42,047 nt of DNA from the IMG/VR virus record IMGVR_UViG_3300045988_015706. One strand, given 5' to 3'. Below are positions 19,279 to 27,247 of the stretch, piece after piece. The stretch is from a virus. The stretch's first letter is position 1, and the number at the start of each line of letters is the position of its first letter. A program made the translations under genes and the position numbers. The notes under the pieces were generated by a model that was not told the DNA's origin, made no database searches, and saw only the letters and a list, made by a program, of their open reading frames with translations.

Positions 19279-21195
19279 TTAGTGACAATCGAACCAGTTG
19301 GCACCAATCTTGCCTTCGGTGTCCAACTGGCAGTTAAACTTAAAGAACTCCTGAGTATGTCTCATGGATTCCTGTGCAATCCTTACGCAGTCCTCTGCGA
19401 TTTCCCTTGTGCGACAGGCGATTTGGGTCTCATCATGCACCCACGCCATCATGGCAAAGTCTCCATCCCAACCATGCTTATAGCCTGCTTTACGCATATT
19501 CTCCTCAACAAGGCACACCCACTTCTTACAAATAAGGGCACCCGCAGACTGCAGGATAGTGTTCAGAGCCGAGTGAGGGCTTCGCACATAAACAAGGCGG
19601 CGATCAAGCCCAAGAATATGATGAGAAATATTAAGAGTAGGGCAATCAGGGTGGACACGCTTCTTCCATTTTACTTTTTGAGTGTTACCAATCCATTCAG
19701 AGGACTCCACAAGAGCCTTATCAATGGAACTACAGAGCTTCTTGTATGCAGGGACAGCCTTAAAGAATCTTTCCTTAAGGGCTTTGCCATCCTTAGCAGT
19801 TCCATTGATGACAGCCCCAAGTTTACCGTCACCACCACCATAGAGCATGCAGTAGATCATGGTCTTCGCTTGGTCTCTCGTAGGAAGTCCTGCCATCTTC
19901 TGATTATGGGTGTGAATGTCGCCCTCAAGGATTTCCTTTATATAAGCACCGTTGTCAAAAGGAAACAGGAAAGACCCAAAGCACCGAAGTTCCAAACCAG
20001 AAGCGTCGATGCCTGCCTCAAACCAGCCTTTAGGAACTGTGAACAAAGACCTGCACTCCTTACCGTATGGAGACCTTCCTGCAGGAACTTGTGCAACATT
20101 AGGATATGAATGTGTTGCACGACCAGTAACAGCACCATTAGGATTAACAGAACCGTGAATACGGTAGTACCCATCTTCATCTTCCTTCATAAGTTTAAGC
20201 CAAGCGTTGTCACCCTCAGCAAGCTGTGCGATACGCTTGTTAATCAGCAGGTACTCAAGGATCTTAGGTGTCAGAGGGATACCCATAGCAGACTGCAGGG
20301 TGTCTTCATCAACCTTAGGGGCACCAGTAGGTGTAACCTCAGTAGGCTCCCAACCTCTTTCCATAAGCACCTTAGCGATATGACTACGAGAGTTAGGGTT
20401 AAAGGTAACCTCCTCATACTGAGGATAAGGAACACCTGCTTTAATTCCTTTCTTAGCGTTATCTCGCTTGTAGATCTTGTCTCCCTTGTAGACAGTCCAA
20501 GAGCCTACCTCAGAGACAAGGCTTTCATAGATCTCCTGTCTCTTTGCAGAGAGTTCAGCATAGAGCTTTACTGCCGCATCTTTATCAAAGACAAACCCAT
20601 TACGTTCCTGCTTAGCCATGACCCAAGCAATGTCATGCTCAAGCTGAATGGCCTTCAAAGGGTAACCCTTAGCCATCAGCTTATGGAACAACTTAAGGGT
20701 AACCACAACGTCCTGTTTGTTGTACTCATACATTTCAGGAGTGAACTTGTCCCATGCGTCCTCTTGTTCACCATAGGTGCCCTTCAGTTCACCCATACGG
20801 TAACCATAAGCCTTCAAGCTGTGGGAACCATAGAGAGCCTTAGGGAGCCTACCAGAACGCATAAGACCAACGTCAGTGTCCTTGATGTTCGCATAGATCA
20901 AACGAGCAAGTACAAGAGTGTCAATACAGACATCTCGAACATCAAATGCAAACCTCTCCCCCTTGAGCTTCTTAAGAGCAGGGATGTCGAATTTGCAGAT
21001 GTTGTGACCAACGATATTGTAGCCACTAGTACCATACTTATTCAGGGCATCGAAGAACTCATCAAGATCAGTGTAACCAGTGTACAAATCAGTGTAGGAG
21101 TCATACAACCAACCACACCAAAACCTCTTGGTCGTATCAAGCAACCCATCAGTTTCAATATCGAATACAATAAATTTGTCTTTAATTGTCAGCAT
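19279..21195 (-). CDS. DNA polymerase, family A (T7 gp5-like)
   Basis: 638 aa. It has the exo I motif FDIETDGL, Pol A motifs (DASGLELR, ...KTMIYCMLYGGG..., ...VHDE...) and the C-terminus GANWFDCH (T7 ends GPNWAICH). Confidence 0.95.
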   Translation of the reverse strand: MLTIKDKFIVFDIETDGLLDTTKRFWCGWLYDSYTDLYTGYTDLDEFFDALNKYGTSGYNIVGHNICKFDIPALKKLKGERFAFDVRDVCIDTLVLARLIYANIKDTDVGLMRSGRLPKALYGSHSLKAYGYRMGELKGTYGEQEDAWDKFTPEMYEYNKQDVVVTLKLFHKLMAKGYPLKAIQLEHDIAWVMAKQERNGFVFDKDAAVKLYAELSAKRQEIYESLVSEVGSWTVYKGDKIYKRDNAKKGIKAGVPYPQYEEVTFNPNSRSHIAKVLMERGWEPTEVTPTGAPKVDEDTLQSAMGIPLTPKILEYLLINKRIAQLAEGDNAWLKLMKEDEDGYYRIHGSVNPNGAVTGRATHSYPNVAQVPAGRSPYGKECRSLFTVPKGWFEAGIDASGLELRCFGSFLFPFDNGAYIKEILEGDIHTHNQKMAGLPTRDQAKTMIYCMLYGGGDGKLGAVINGTAKDGKALKERFFKAVPAYKKLCSSIDKALVESSEWIGNTQKVKWKKRVHPDCPTLNISHHILGLDRRLVYVRSPHSALNTILQSAGALICKKWVCLVEENMRKAGYKHGWDGDFAMMAWVHDETQIACRTREIAEDCVRIAQESMRHTQEFFKFNCQLDTEGKIGANWFDCH

Positions 21196-21200
21196 TTTCT

Positions 21201-21240
21201 ATTCCTTAAATAGCCTTGCTTATTTCTTAAATAGCTTTGC
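21201..21240. repeat. Tandem ~21-bp direct repeat in the DNA polymerase 5' leader
   Basis: attccttaaatagccttgc (21201-21219) and atttcttaaatagctttgc (21222-21240) match at 17/19 positions. They end 5 nt upstream of the DNAP start codon. Confidence 0.8.
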
Positions 21241-21250
21241 TAAAAAGATC

Positions 21251-21496
21251 CTACAGGAACACCATAAGGGAAGCTACTGTAATAGAGAGCACCCACATTG
21301 CAATCACGTAGATCTTGAATACCAGACAGCTGAGGTCTCTGTACTCATCAGAATACTCATGCTCAGAGGCTAGAAGCACAGGCGCTATAGGAAGTAACAG
21401 GATAATCCAAAAGCATGAGAGAGCACGATCCGTAAGAGACATGTCCTTGTCGTAATACCAGAAAGTAAGTGGGTAAATAAACTCTTTAAAACTCAT
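21251..21496 (-). CDS. Small membrane protein (81 aa, about 2 TM segments)
   Basis: MSFKEFIYPLTFWYYDK...CFWIILLLPIAPVLLA...IYVIAMWVLSITVASLMVFL. The ATG at 21496 overlaps the helicase stop region (AAAATGAGTTTTAA). Confidence 0.5.
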   Translation of the reverse strand: MSFKEFIYPLTFWYYDKDMSLTDRALSCFWIILLLPIAPVLLASEHEYSDEYRDLSCLVFKIYVIAMWVLSITVASLMVFL

Positions 21497-23117
21497 TTTC
21501 TTTATCCTCAAAGGGACACTCAGTGTCTGCCTCATAGTCAGAGAGCCTACCAGTGTCCTGATCGTAGTAAAGGTAACCACTGATACCAGTGTCACCACTA
21601 AAGCGATTCTTAAGGACTCTGAGAGTCAACACATTAGGATTGTCACCCTGTTGGTTTCTCTCAAGACCAATCACCATGTCAGAGAGCTGTGCAATAGCTC
21701 CAGACCCTCTAAGTTGACTCAAGGACACCTGTGCACCCTCTTCATGTCCCTTCTTCTCAGGACGCTTAAGATGAGACACTACAAACATGGTAGCTCCAGT
21801 CTCTTCCACGAGGGAACGAAGGTTAGTCATGAGTTTGTCAATAGCCTTACGTTCACCACCATCCTCATCAGTGTCCATACCAGAGACCACAATGGAGATA
21901 TGGTCAAGGAAGATACGCTTACAACCGAGGGACACAATCATATACCTGAGCTTACTAAGCAGATTGCCTGAATCAAGAGACCCAAAGTGGTCGTACAGGA
22001 AGAAATTCCCGTTTCCAATAGTCTCCGCAAAAGCTCGGCTTCGTTCATCTTCATCTGTACCCTCAGGGTCGAGTATGAGTCGCTTGTTAAGATGAATCGA
22101 CATGAGTTCCATCCCAGTTTTGCGAGTAGATTCTTCAAGAGCAACAATTCCGCATAGTTCTCCCCTGTGAACACCAAAGTAGTATTCGAGTTCTCTGAGT
22201 ATTGTGGACTTTCCCATACCACTTCCACTTGTGAAGACATACAGTTCACCATGTCTAGCTCCTTTAGTTTTGTTCTGAAGAGCAACCCAAGGGTACTCCA
22301 CAGAATCCTTAAGGTCATCAATGTCGGTTACGCACTTCTCATACAAGTCCGTACCAGCAACAATCCCATCAGGTCTATAAGGCTTGGCATTCCAAACAGC
22401 CTGAATAACATCACTGCCTTTGCCCTCAAGTAGGCACTCATTGGGATCTTTCAAAGGAAGGTTAGCAATGAACGCCTTACCTGCAGGCAACACCTTGGCA
22501 CACTCTTCACAAGCCTTACGACCAGGTTCATCCATGTCAAACATGAGAACCACTTCTTCAAACTTGTCAAGGTACTCAAGGTTATCTTCAATAGCCTTCT
22601 TAGCCGCTTGAGCCCCATTAGGGATGCTCACAACAGGCCACTTGTTAGACTGAAGCTGACTCACAGTAAGGCAGTCAATCTCGCCCTCGGTGATCACAAT
22701 CTTCTTACCAGAAGACCACAACTGAGAACCAAAGAGTCGATTAGAGATCTTGCCAAGGACTGCAAAAGTCTTATCAGGAAACCTAAGTTTCTGACCTACG
22801 ATGTTACCGTTGTCATCATAGTAGTTGGCTACTTGACAGGGAGTTCCCTTGTAGTAACCCACCATATACTTGAACTTAGAACAGGTGTCCTGACTGATCT
22901 TCCTTGCAGTCAGGTAAGACACATCAAGATCATCAAGAGGAATACATTCCTTACACATAGCACTCTCCTTTTTCTTCTGGATTACTTCCCCATCAGCTCT
23001 AAAATACGAATTACAAGAAAAACAATACCTATGGCCATCACTAAAGACTCCACAGGCGTCAGAGGAGCCACACTTAGGACAAGGTTCATGATAAAGAAAC
23101 GTACCCTCTTGATTCAT
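21486..23117 (-). CDS. DNA primase/helicase (T7 gp4-like)
   Basis: 543 aa. It has a Zn-ribbon (CPKCGSSDACGVFSDGHRYCFSCN), a TOPRIM region (ITEGEIDCL...MFDMDEPGR) and DnaB-type Walker A (SGSGMGKST) and Walker B (IFLDHIS) motifs. Confidence 0.95.
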   Translation of the reverse strand: MNQEGTFLYHEPCPKCGSSDACGVFSDGHRYCFSCNSYFRADGEVIQKKKESAMCKECIPLDDLDVSYLTARKISQDTCSKFKYMVGYYKGTPCQVANYYDDNGNIVGQKLRFPDKTFAVLGKISNRLFGSQLWSSGKKIVITEGEIDCLTVSQLQSNKWPVVSIPNGAQAAKKAIEDNLEYLDKFEEVVLMFDMDEPGRKACEECAKVLPAGKAFIANLPLKDPNECLLEGKGSDVIQAVWNAKPYRPDGIVAGTDLYEKCVTDIDDLKDSVEYPWVALQNKTKGARHGELYVFTSGSGMGKSTILRELEYYFGVHRGELCGIVALEESTRKTGMELMSIHLNKRLILDPEGTDEDERSRAFAETIGNGNFFLYDHFGSLDSGNLLSKLRYMIVSLGCKRIFLDHISIVVSGMDTDEDGGERKAIDKLMTNLRSLVEETGATMFVVSHLKRPEKKGHEEGAQVSLSQLRGSGAIAQLSDMVIGLERNQQGDNPNVLTLRVLKNRFSGDTGISGYLYYDQDTGRLSDYEADTECPFEDKENEF

Positions 23118-23120
23118 CTT

Positions 23121-23963
23121 TTAATAACCCAATTTAAAACGAAGGCTCTCCCAACCGTACAGGTTTCTATGGTACCGCATGTCTCCTGCCCAAATACAGG
23201 GGTGCTCCATGGGTGACATATGACCTGCGTCAAGGAGCCTTCGTGCCAGCTTCTTGTCCTTGCGTTCGTCAGGACAAGAGCCGTCATGGTTGTTGTAAGA
23301 CACTCTCGCACAGCGTGCAGAGGAAATAAGCATGAGATCGTTAATGACGACTTCAGAAGAACTAAACGATTCCATGCAGTGTCTGTCTACTTCCTCTTGG
23401 GTGATAAAGGGAAGACTAACATACTTCCCACAAATATGGTAGACACTAATGATAGTATTGCCTACCTTGTCCATCTCACCCTTAATGGCCCTTGCAAGAT
23501 CCTGCATCTCAGGCTGTGCATCACTGGCAAGCCTAAGATGCAGGAAGTTCTCCCATTCAGTAGCAGTAACAATCACGTTAATGTACTGGAAGGGTTCAAG
23601 GATTCTATTGACGTGTTGCTTATGGACACCAAGAGCAACCATGGATTCCGCAACAGCTACTGCATTGTCTACAGCTTTAAGCCATAGATCCTTAAAAGAC
23701 TCATAGGTATCCTCAGAAGCCTCAACAGTACCAACCATGCCAGATTGATTCATGTATACGTGAGAAGGGATAAAGGGGTCATTGCGCACCTGTTGGATAA
23801 CCTTAGCTACAGGGATTGCACGGGAACTACTAGCATTTCGACTGAAGACCCTGTGAGTCATGAATTCACTATGGATCATCCTAGGATACCTAAGGACGAA
23901 CGTATAGAGATTATCCTGATGGCAGATGCAAAGGGCTTCACTAGATCCAACTTTAGTAGTCAT
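23121..23963 (-). CDS. thyX: Flavin-dependent thymidylate synthase (ThyX-like)
   Basis: 280 aa from the ATG at 23963. THRVFSRNASSSRA aligns with the ThyX signature RHRxxSxNxxSxRY. The track's longer N-terminus (to 24155) runs into tRNA-Leu and is rejected. Confidence 0.72.
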   Translation of the reverse strand: MTTKVGSSEALCICHQDNLYTFVLRYPRMIHSEFMTHRVFSRNASSSRAIPVAKVIQQVRNDPFIPSHVYMNQSGMVGTVEASEDTYESFKDLWLKAVDNAVAVAESMVALGVHKQHVNRILEPFQYINVIVTATEWENFLHLRLASDAQPEMQDLARAIKGEMDKVGNTIISVYHICGKYVSLPFITQEEVDRHCMESFSSSEVVINDLMLISSARCARVSYNNHDGSCPDERKDKKLARRLLDAGHMSPMEHPCIWAGDMRYHRNLYGWESLRFKLGY

Positions 23964-24099
23964 TATCTTCCTCATCATAGTCGTCGTCTTCATCCTCGTC
24001 GTCTTCTTCATCAAGGGACTCAAGATATTCCTGGTACTCGTCTTCCCAACGAGCTTCCCAATCAGATTCCATTCGATCAAGTTCCTTCTGAGTCTGCAT
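23953..24099 (-). CDS. Hyper-acidic 48-aa protein
   Basis: MQTQKELDRMESDWEARWEDEYQEYLESLDEEDDEDEDDDYDEEDNDY. Its TAA overlaps the thyX ATG (ATGACTACTAA). It is below the track cut-off. Confidence 0.5.
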   Translation of the reverse strand: MQTQKELDRMESDWEARWEDEYQEYLESLDEEDDEDEDDDYDEEDNDY

Positions 24100-24125
24100 A
24101 ATTGCCTCTCTTTTAAAAAAATAAA

Positions 24126-24213
24126 TGGTACCCTAGGAGGGAATCGAACCCTCACGAGCCTTGCTTCTCCACTGATTCTAATTCAGTTGCGTATACCATT
24201 TCGCCACTAGGGT
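24126..24213 (-). tRNA. tRNA-Leu: tRNA-Leu (anticodon UAG), class II with a long variable arm, CCA encoded
   Basis: The minus strand reads ACCCTAG-TG-GCGA..., an anticodon stem-loop ACTGA-ATTAGAA-TCAGT, a long variable arm, the T arm GAGGG-TTCGATT-CCCTC, then CTAGGGT-A-CCA. The 7-bp acceptor stem is perfect. Confidence 0.9.
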
Positions 24214-24350
24214 ATTTTTCTGTGGGGTAACCGTTGCCCCTTCGGATCTATTTCGGTAGACATCCTATTCGGGAGCTACCCGACCTCCTAAGAGCCGCAG
24301 GACTTCCTCACTTCTCCTATGATGAGAGGAGTACAATCAAACAGCGTATT

Positions 24351-24427
24351 TGGTCTCTCCTACAGGATTCGAACCTGTGACCGTATGCTTAGAAGGCATA
24401 TGCTCTATCCAACTGAGCTAAGGAGAG
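24351..24427 (-). tRNA. tRNA-Arg: tRNA-Arg (anticodon UCU), CCA encoded
   Basis: CTCTCCT-TA-GCTC-AGTTGGATA-GAGC-A-TATGC-CTTCTAA-GCATA-CGGTC-ACAGG-TTCGAAT-CCTGT-AGGAGAG-A-CCA. This is a canonical cloverleaf. Confidence 0.92.
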
Positions 24428-24846
24428 TTTTGTTCTTTGTGAATGTTGATTATTGCTTCAAGTCGTCTATTGGTGTCTCTGAGTATCTTAACACCTTCCC
24501 CGTGTAGTTCTGCACCTTCTGACAGTAGGTTTCTACACTGGATGATTGACTCTGCATAAGCTCTATCGGTATGTTGCATGATGGCTTTGTTTCCTGCATT
24601 GATGTTGTACTGCAGGCGGTTAATCCGCTTATCAATAGCAGATTGCACAGCATCAGCGGTAGCCATGTCTTTAAGAAGTAAGTTAATCGTCGCATCCTTT
24701 CTTTCCTGTAGAGACTTTAGTTCCGTTAAGTGAGTCCGTTGTTCCTCTAGGAGAATCTCTTGATTTCTTTTTTCCTCAATAGATTCACCTAGAGCCAGTC
24801 CTAGAATGAATGCAAGGATAACCATAAGAGCTTTCACATACTGCAT
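24418..24846 (-). CDS. i-spanin (Rz-like)
   Basis: 142 aa with an N-terminal TM (VKALMVILAFILGLALG) followed by coiled-coil sequence. It contains an embedded +1-frame lipoprotein ORF. Its stop codon lies 10 nt inside tRNA-Arg. Confidence 0.7.
   Translation of the reverse strand: MQYVKALMVILAFILGLALGESIEEKRNQEILLEEQRTHLTELKSLQERKDATINLLLKDMATADAVQSAIDKRINRLQYNINAGNKAIMQHTDRAYAESIIQCRNLLSEGAELHGEGVKILRDTNRRLEAIINIHKEQNSP
24450..24695 (-). CDS. o-spanin (Rz1-like lipoprotein) embedded in the i-spanin gene
   Basis: Signal peptide with lipobox ...LLLISGLTA|C, entirely nested in another frame of 24418..24846. The start is either 24695 or the internal Met at 24653. Confidence 0.6.
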   Translation of the reverse strand: MRRLTYFLKTWLPLMLCNLLLISGLTACSTTSMQETKPSCNIPIELMQSQSSSVETYCQKVQNYTGKVLRYSETPIDDLKQ

Positions 24847-24850
24847 ACTC

Positions 24851-24876
24851 TCTCCCTAGGAGTATTGATTTTATTC
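24851..24876 (-). promoter_or_regulatory. Phage RNAP promoter in front of the spanin/tRNA unit
   Basis: The minus strand reads GAATAAAATCAATACTCCTA|GGGAGAGAGTATG. Predicted +1 is 24856, only 10 nt before the spanin ATG. It overlaps the last codons of the amidase gene. Confidence 0.75.
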
Positions 24877-25461
24877 AATACGGACAACATCCCCTTCTTC
24901 AGGGTCTCCATTAAAGTCCTTAAAGACACCCTTGGAGAAGACTACCTTACTCCAGAACGCCTCAGTATTTTCATACCTAGCAAACTTAGCGCCCTTATAC
25001 CATCCCTTAACATCAAAGCAAGGGCAGTCTTTGTTGACGCCTGCAAAATCTCTGTGACCAAGCACAACGACTTCATCTTTATAGTAACCTCTAAGGTAAT
25101 CCAGTAGACACTTAAGAGACTCCTTCTGCTCCTCTGTAAAGTTGTCTACAGACTTGCCCTTAGCATCCACACCACCAATGAGGCAGATACCAACAGAACA
25201 GCTGTTGTAACCCTTTACATGGGAACCAATGGCCTCTAGGGGCCTGCCTCTCTGGATGGTACCGTCAGTAAGAATTACAAAATGATAACCGATACCCAAC
25301 CACCCCTGCTGTCTGTGCATCTGGTCAATGGTTTTCCACGTAAAAGATGGCACATTCTGAGTGGCAGAGCAGTGAACGACAAGATATTTAGTAGTCTCTC
25401 TATTCTTATAAGAGACAAAAGATTTATGCTCCTCAATCTTTGGAGCCTTGAAAGAAACCAT
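24871..25461 (-). CDS. N-acetylmuramoyl-L-alanine amidase (T7 lysozyme gp3.5-like) with a ~45-aa C-terminal extension
   Basis: YLVVHCSAT...GWLGIGYHFVI..DGTIQRGRP...GSHVKGYNSCSVGICLIGG...LGHRDF...KDCPCFD are PGRP/amidase_2 signatures, as in T7 gp3.5. Confidence 0.92.
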   Translation of the reverse strand: MVSFKAPKIEEHKSFVSYKNRETTKYLVVHCSATQNVPSFTWKTIDQMHRQQGWLGIGYHFVILTDGTIQRGRPLEAIGSHVKGYNSCSVGICLIGGVDAKGKSVDNFTEEQKESLKCLLDYLRGYYKDEVVVLGHRDFAGVNKDCPCFDVKGWYKGAKFARYENTEAFWSKVVFSKGVFKDFNGDPEEGDVVRIE

Positions 25462-25468
25462 ATTTTAA

Positions 25469-25921
25469 TTAACCTTTATTAAGAAGAATCCCTTCAGGGA
25501 TTACCTTGGGATCCTCTTTAATCCATTCAAGGGGGATTGTTTTGTCGGAATATTTGATCCCATTCTTTTCACAAAAGGACGCATAAGTTGTTTTGCTTCC
25601 TTTGTAAATAGGGGTTTTGGATCTGCTAAAGACAAAGCGAATGTCCAACTCGGGGTGTTGAGCCTTAATTAAAATATGTTTCTTCCTATCTTCAGAATCC
25701 CATACACCTTTAGTTTCTATGAGAATCCCATTAGGCAAAACGAAGTCAGGAGTATATTTGTGCTTACTTTCGGGCACAATATACTCCAAATACTTCTCCT
25801 CATAATGAGGCTCAATACCGAAGGCCCTGAGGGAGTCTGAGACTTTCTCCTCAAGACCACTTCGGTAAGTTCCCCTGTTGTGCATCCTCTTTTTACTATA
25901 GGCCGCACTACGGGTAGTCAT
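25469..25921 (-). CDS. Endonuclease I (Holliday-junction resolvase, T7 gp3-like)
   Basis: RSGLEEKVS...HKYTPDFVLPNGILIETKGVWDSEDRKKHILIKAQHPELDIRFVFSRSKTPIYKGSKTTYASFCEKNGIKYSDKTIPLEWIKE is near-colinear with recalled T7 gp3. Confidence 0.95.
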   Translation of the reverse strand: MTTRSAAYSKKRMHNRGTYRSGLEEKVSDSLRAFGIEPHYEEKYLEYIVPESKHKYTPDFVLPNGILIETKGVWDSEDRKKHILIKAQHPELDIRFVFSRSKTPIYKGSKTTYASFCEKNGIKYSDKTIPLEWIKEDPKVIPEGILLNKG

Positions 25922-25924
25922 TTA

Positions 25925-26503
25925 TTACTCTTCATGCTCCTTAAGCAGGTTTCTACGAGAGGGGAGCATAACCCTACATCCTTCATGAACCTCATCTTCA
26001 TAAATGTCATACTCATAAGAGCCAAAAACTCGAATGAAGTATTTATTTTCACTATCGCTCCAATCGAACAGGATTTGTCCAATCATAAGGTCGGGACGGC
26101 AGAAGCACTCTGCAGATTGACCATCAGGATCAAACATGACAAGGACACAGGCACCACCAACACCACTAAGATCCTTGCTAAGAAACTCCTCAATGCTGTA
26201 AGGCTTATCGTACTCGACTACTTCAGAATCTTCAAAGATAAGATCCTCAACATTGACATCGAACGTAAACGAGTAGGGCATCACTTCATAGATGAACCTA
26301 GCGTCATAGTAGGCGGTGTTGCTCTTGAAGTGCCGCTTGTCACCAGAGATGGAGCAATAGAAGCCTCTTGGTTCCTTACCTTCCTTTTCAATGTACCAGT
26401 TGTAATGCTCAATTGCGGACTCAAGAGCCTTTTCAAGGCCTTCGTCAGTAAGGAGGAGGCCAAGCCCCTCACGCAGTTTAGGGCCGAAAGTAAACTTAGT
26501 CAT
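25925..26503 (-). CDS. Hypothetical protein
   Basis: 192-aa ORF tightly packed between the SSB and endonuclease I genes. I recognise no motif. Confidence 0.65.
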   Translation of the reverse strand: MTKFTFGPKLREGLGLLLTDEGLEKALESAIEHYNWYIEKEGKEPRGFYCSISGDKRHFKSNTAYYDARFIYEVMPYSFTFDVNVEDLIFEDSEVVEYDKPYSIEEFLSKDLSGVGGACVLVMFDPDGQSAECFCRPDLMIGQILFDWSDSENKYFIRVFGSYEYDIYEDEVHEGCRVMLPSRRNLLKEHEE

Positions 26504-27121
26504 TTAGAAATCTCCGGGGACATCGTTATCAATATCTTCAAAGCTCTTAGAGGAATCCTCAGGCTCCTCACCGTTATAACCCTCTTCTTCTTCAAAGCCA
26601 TAAGAGGACGCAGAGGCATCACCGAACTCATTCAGAGAGATAACCTGAACTGCAAGGAGTCGCAGGGAAAGCCCACAGGTACGCGTAGAAGGCATGTAGT
26701 ACGGGTTGGCAGTGAAGGACACCTTGATGACACTGTCTCGACCGATGTTGACATCAATGGGCTTCCCCTTAGAGTCAAACTGTCGGATCTTGACGGGAAT
26801 CTTGGAACCGTCCTTCTTCGTGATGACCGCCTTCTGCTTGAACTTCATCACAATGCGGCCTTCTTCATCCTTTTCATAGATGTCCTGAGTCACCACCTTG
26901 CGACCCTTCGAGATCGCATACAGGACATCGTCGTCATTCTCATAGAAGTCCTCAAGGATTGCTTCGAGCTTAGACACGAGAGCGTTAGTCTTCTCGTCAT
27001 CTTCCATGACAAGATTAACCTTGTAGTCACCCTCGGGATTGAACTTCGTGTCAGGAGTCTTAATAGAGGGATACTGTGCGAGACCCTTGGGGGTCGTGAA
27101 ACGATTGTTGTTGCTAGACAT
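26504..27121 (-). CDS. Single-stranded DNA-binding protein (T7 gp2.5-like)
   Basis: 205 aa with an N-terminal FTTPKGLAQYPSIKTPDTKF...YKVNLVM OB-fold-like region and an acidic C-terminal tail ending ...DIDNDVPGDF (T7 gp2.5 ends ...EDGDF). Confidence 0.85.
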   Translation of the reverse strand: MSSNNNRFTTPKGLAQYPSIKTPDTKFNPEGDYKVNLVMEDDEKTNALVSKLEAILEDFYENDDDVLYAISKGRKVVTQDIYEKDEEGRIVMKFKQKAVITKKDGSKIPVKIRQFDSKGKPIDVNIGRDSVIKVSFTANPYYMPSTRTCGLSLRLLAVQVISLNEFGDASASSYGFEEEEGYNGEEPEDSSKSFEDIDNDVPGDF

Positions 27122-27162
27122 TAATTACTTCCTTGTTTGTTTAACCTAGGGAGGCTTGGTTA

Positions 27163-27189
27163 CTCTCCCTAGGAGTATGGATTTTATTA
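27163..27189 (-). promoter_or_regulatory. Phage RNAP promoter (proximal copy, upstream of the SSB gene)
   Basis: TAATAAAATCCATACTCCTA|GGGAGAGTAACCAAGCCTCCCTAGG. Predicted +1 is 27169. The transcript begins with a GGGAG...CUCCC stem-loop. Confidence 0.85.
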
Positions 27190-27213
27190 GTTTAACCTAG
27201 GGAGGCTTGGTTA

Positions 27214-27240
27214 CTCTCCCTAGGAGTATGGATTTTATTA
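27214..27240 (-). promoter_or_regulatory. Phage RNAP promoter (distal copy, 8 nt after the RNAP stop codon)
   Basis: Identical to 27163-27189. Predicted +1 is 27220. Confidence 0.85.
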
Positions 27241-27247
27241 GTTGGGG

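Larger units (their letters stand above)
27139..27240. repeat. Perfect 2 x 51-bp tandem duplication (27139-27189, 27190-27240), each unit carrying a phage promoter and its 5' leader hairpin
   Basis: The unit is gtttaacctagggaggcttggttactctccctaggagtatggattttatta, and both copies are identical base for base. Confidence 0.95.

Noticed and set aside
23964-24155. N-terminal extension of the ThyX ORF (the track gives 344 aa starting at 24155)
   Set aside because: The extension overlaps tRNA-Leu and the acidic 48-aa ORF and has a basic, low-complexity translation. The ATG at 23963 gives a ThyX-sized 280-aa protein.
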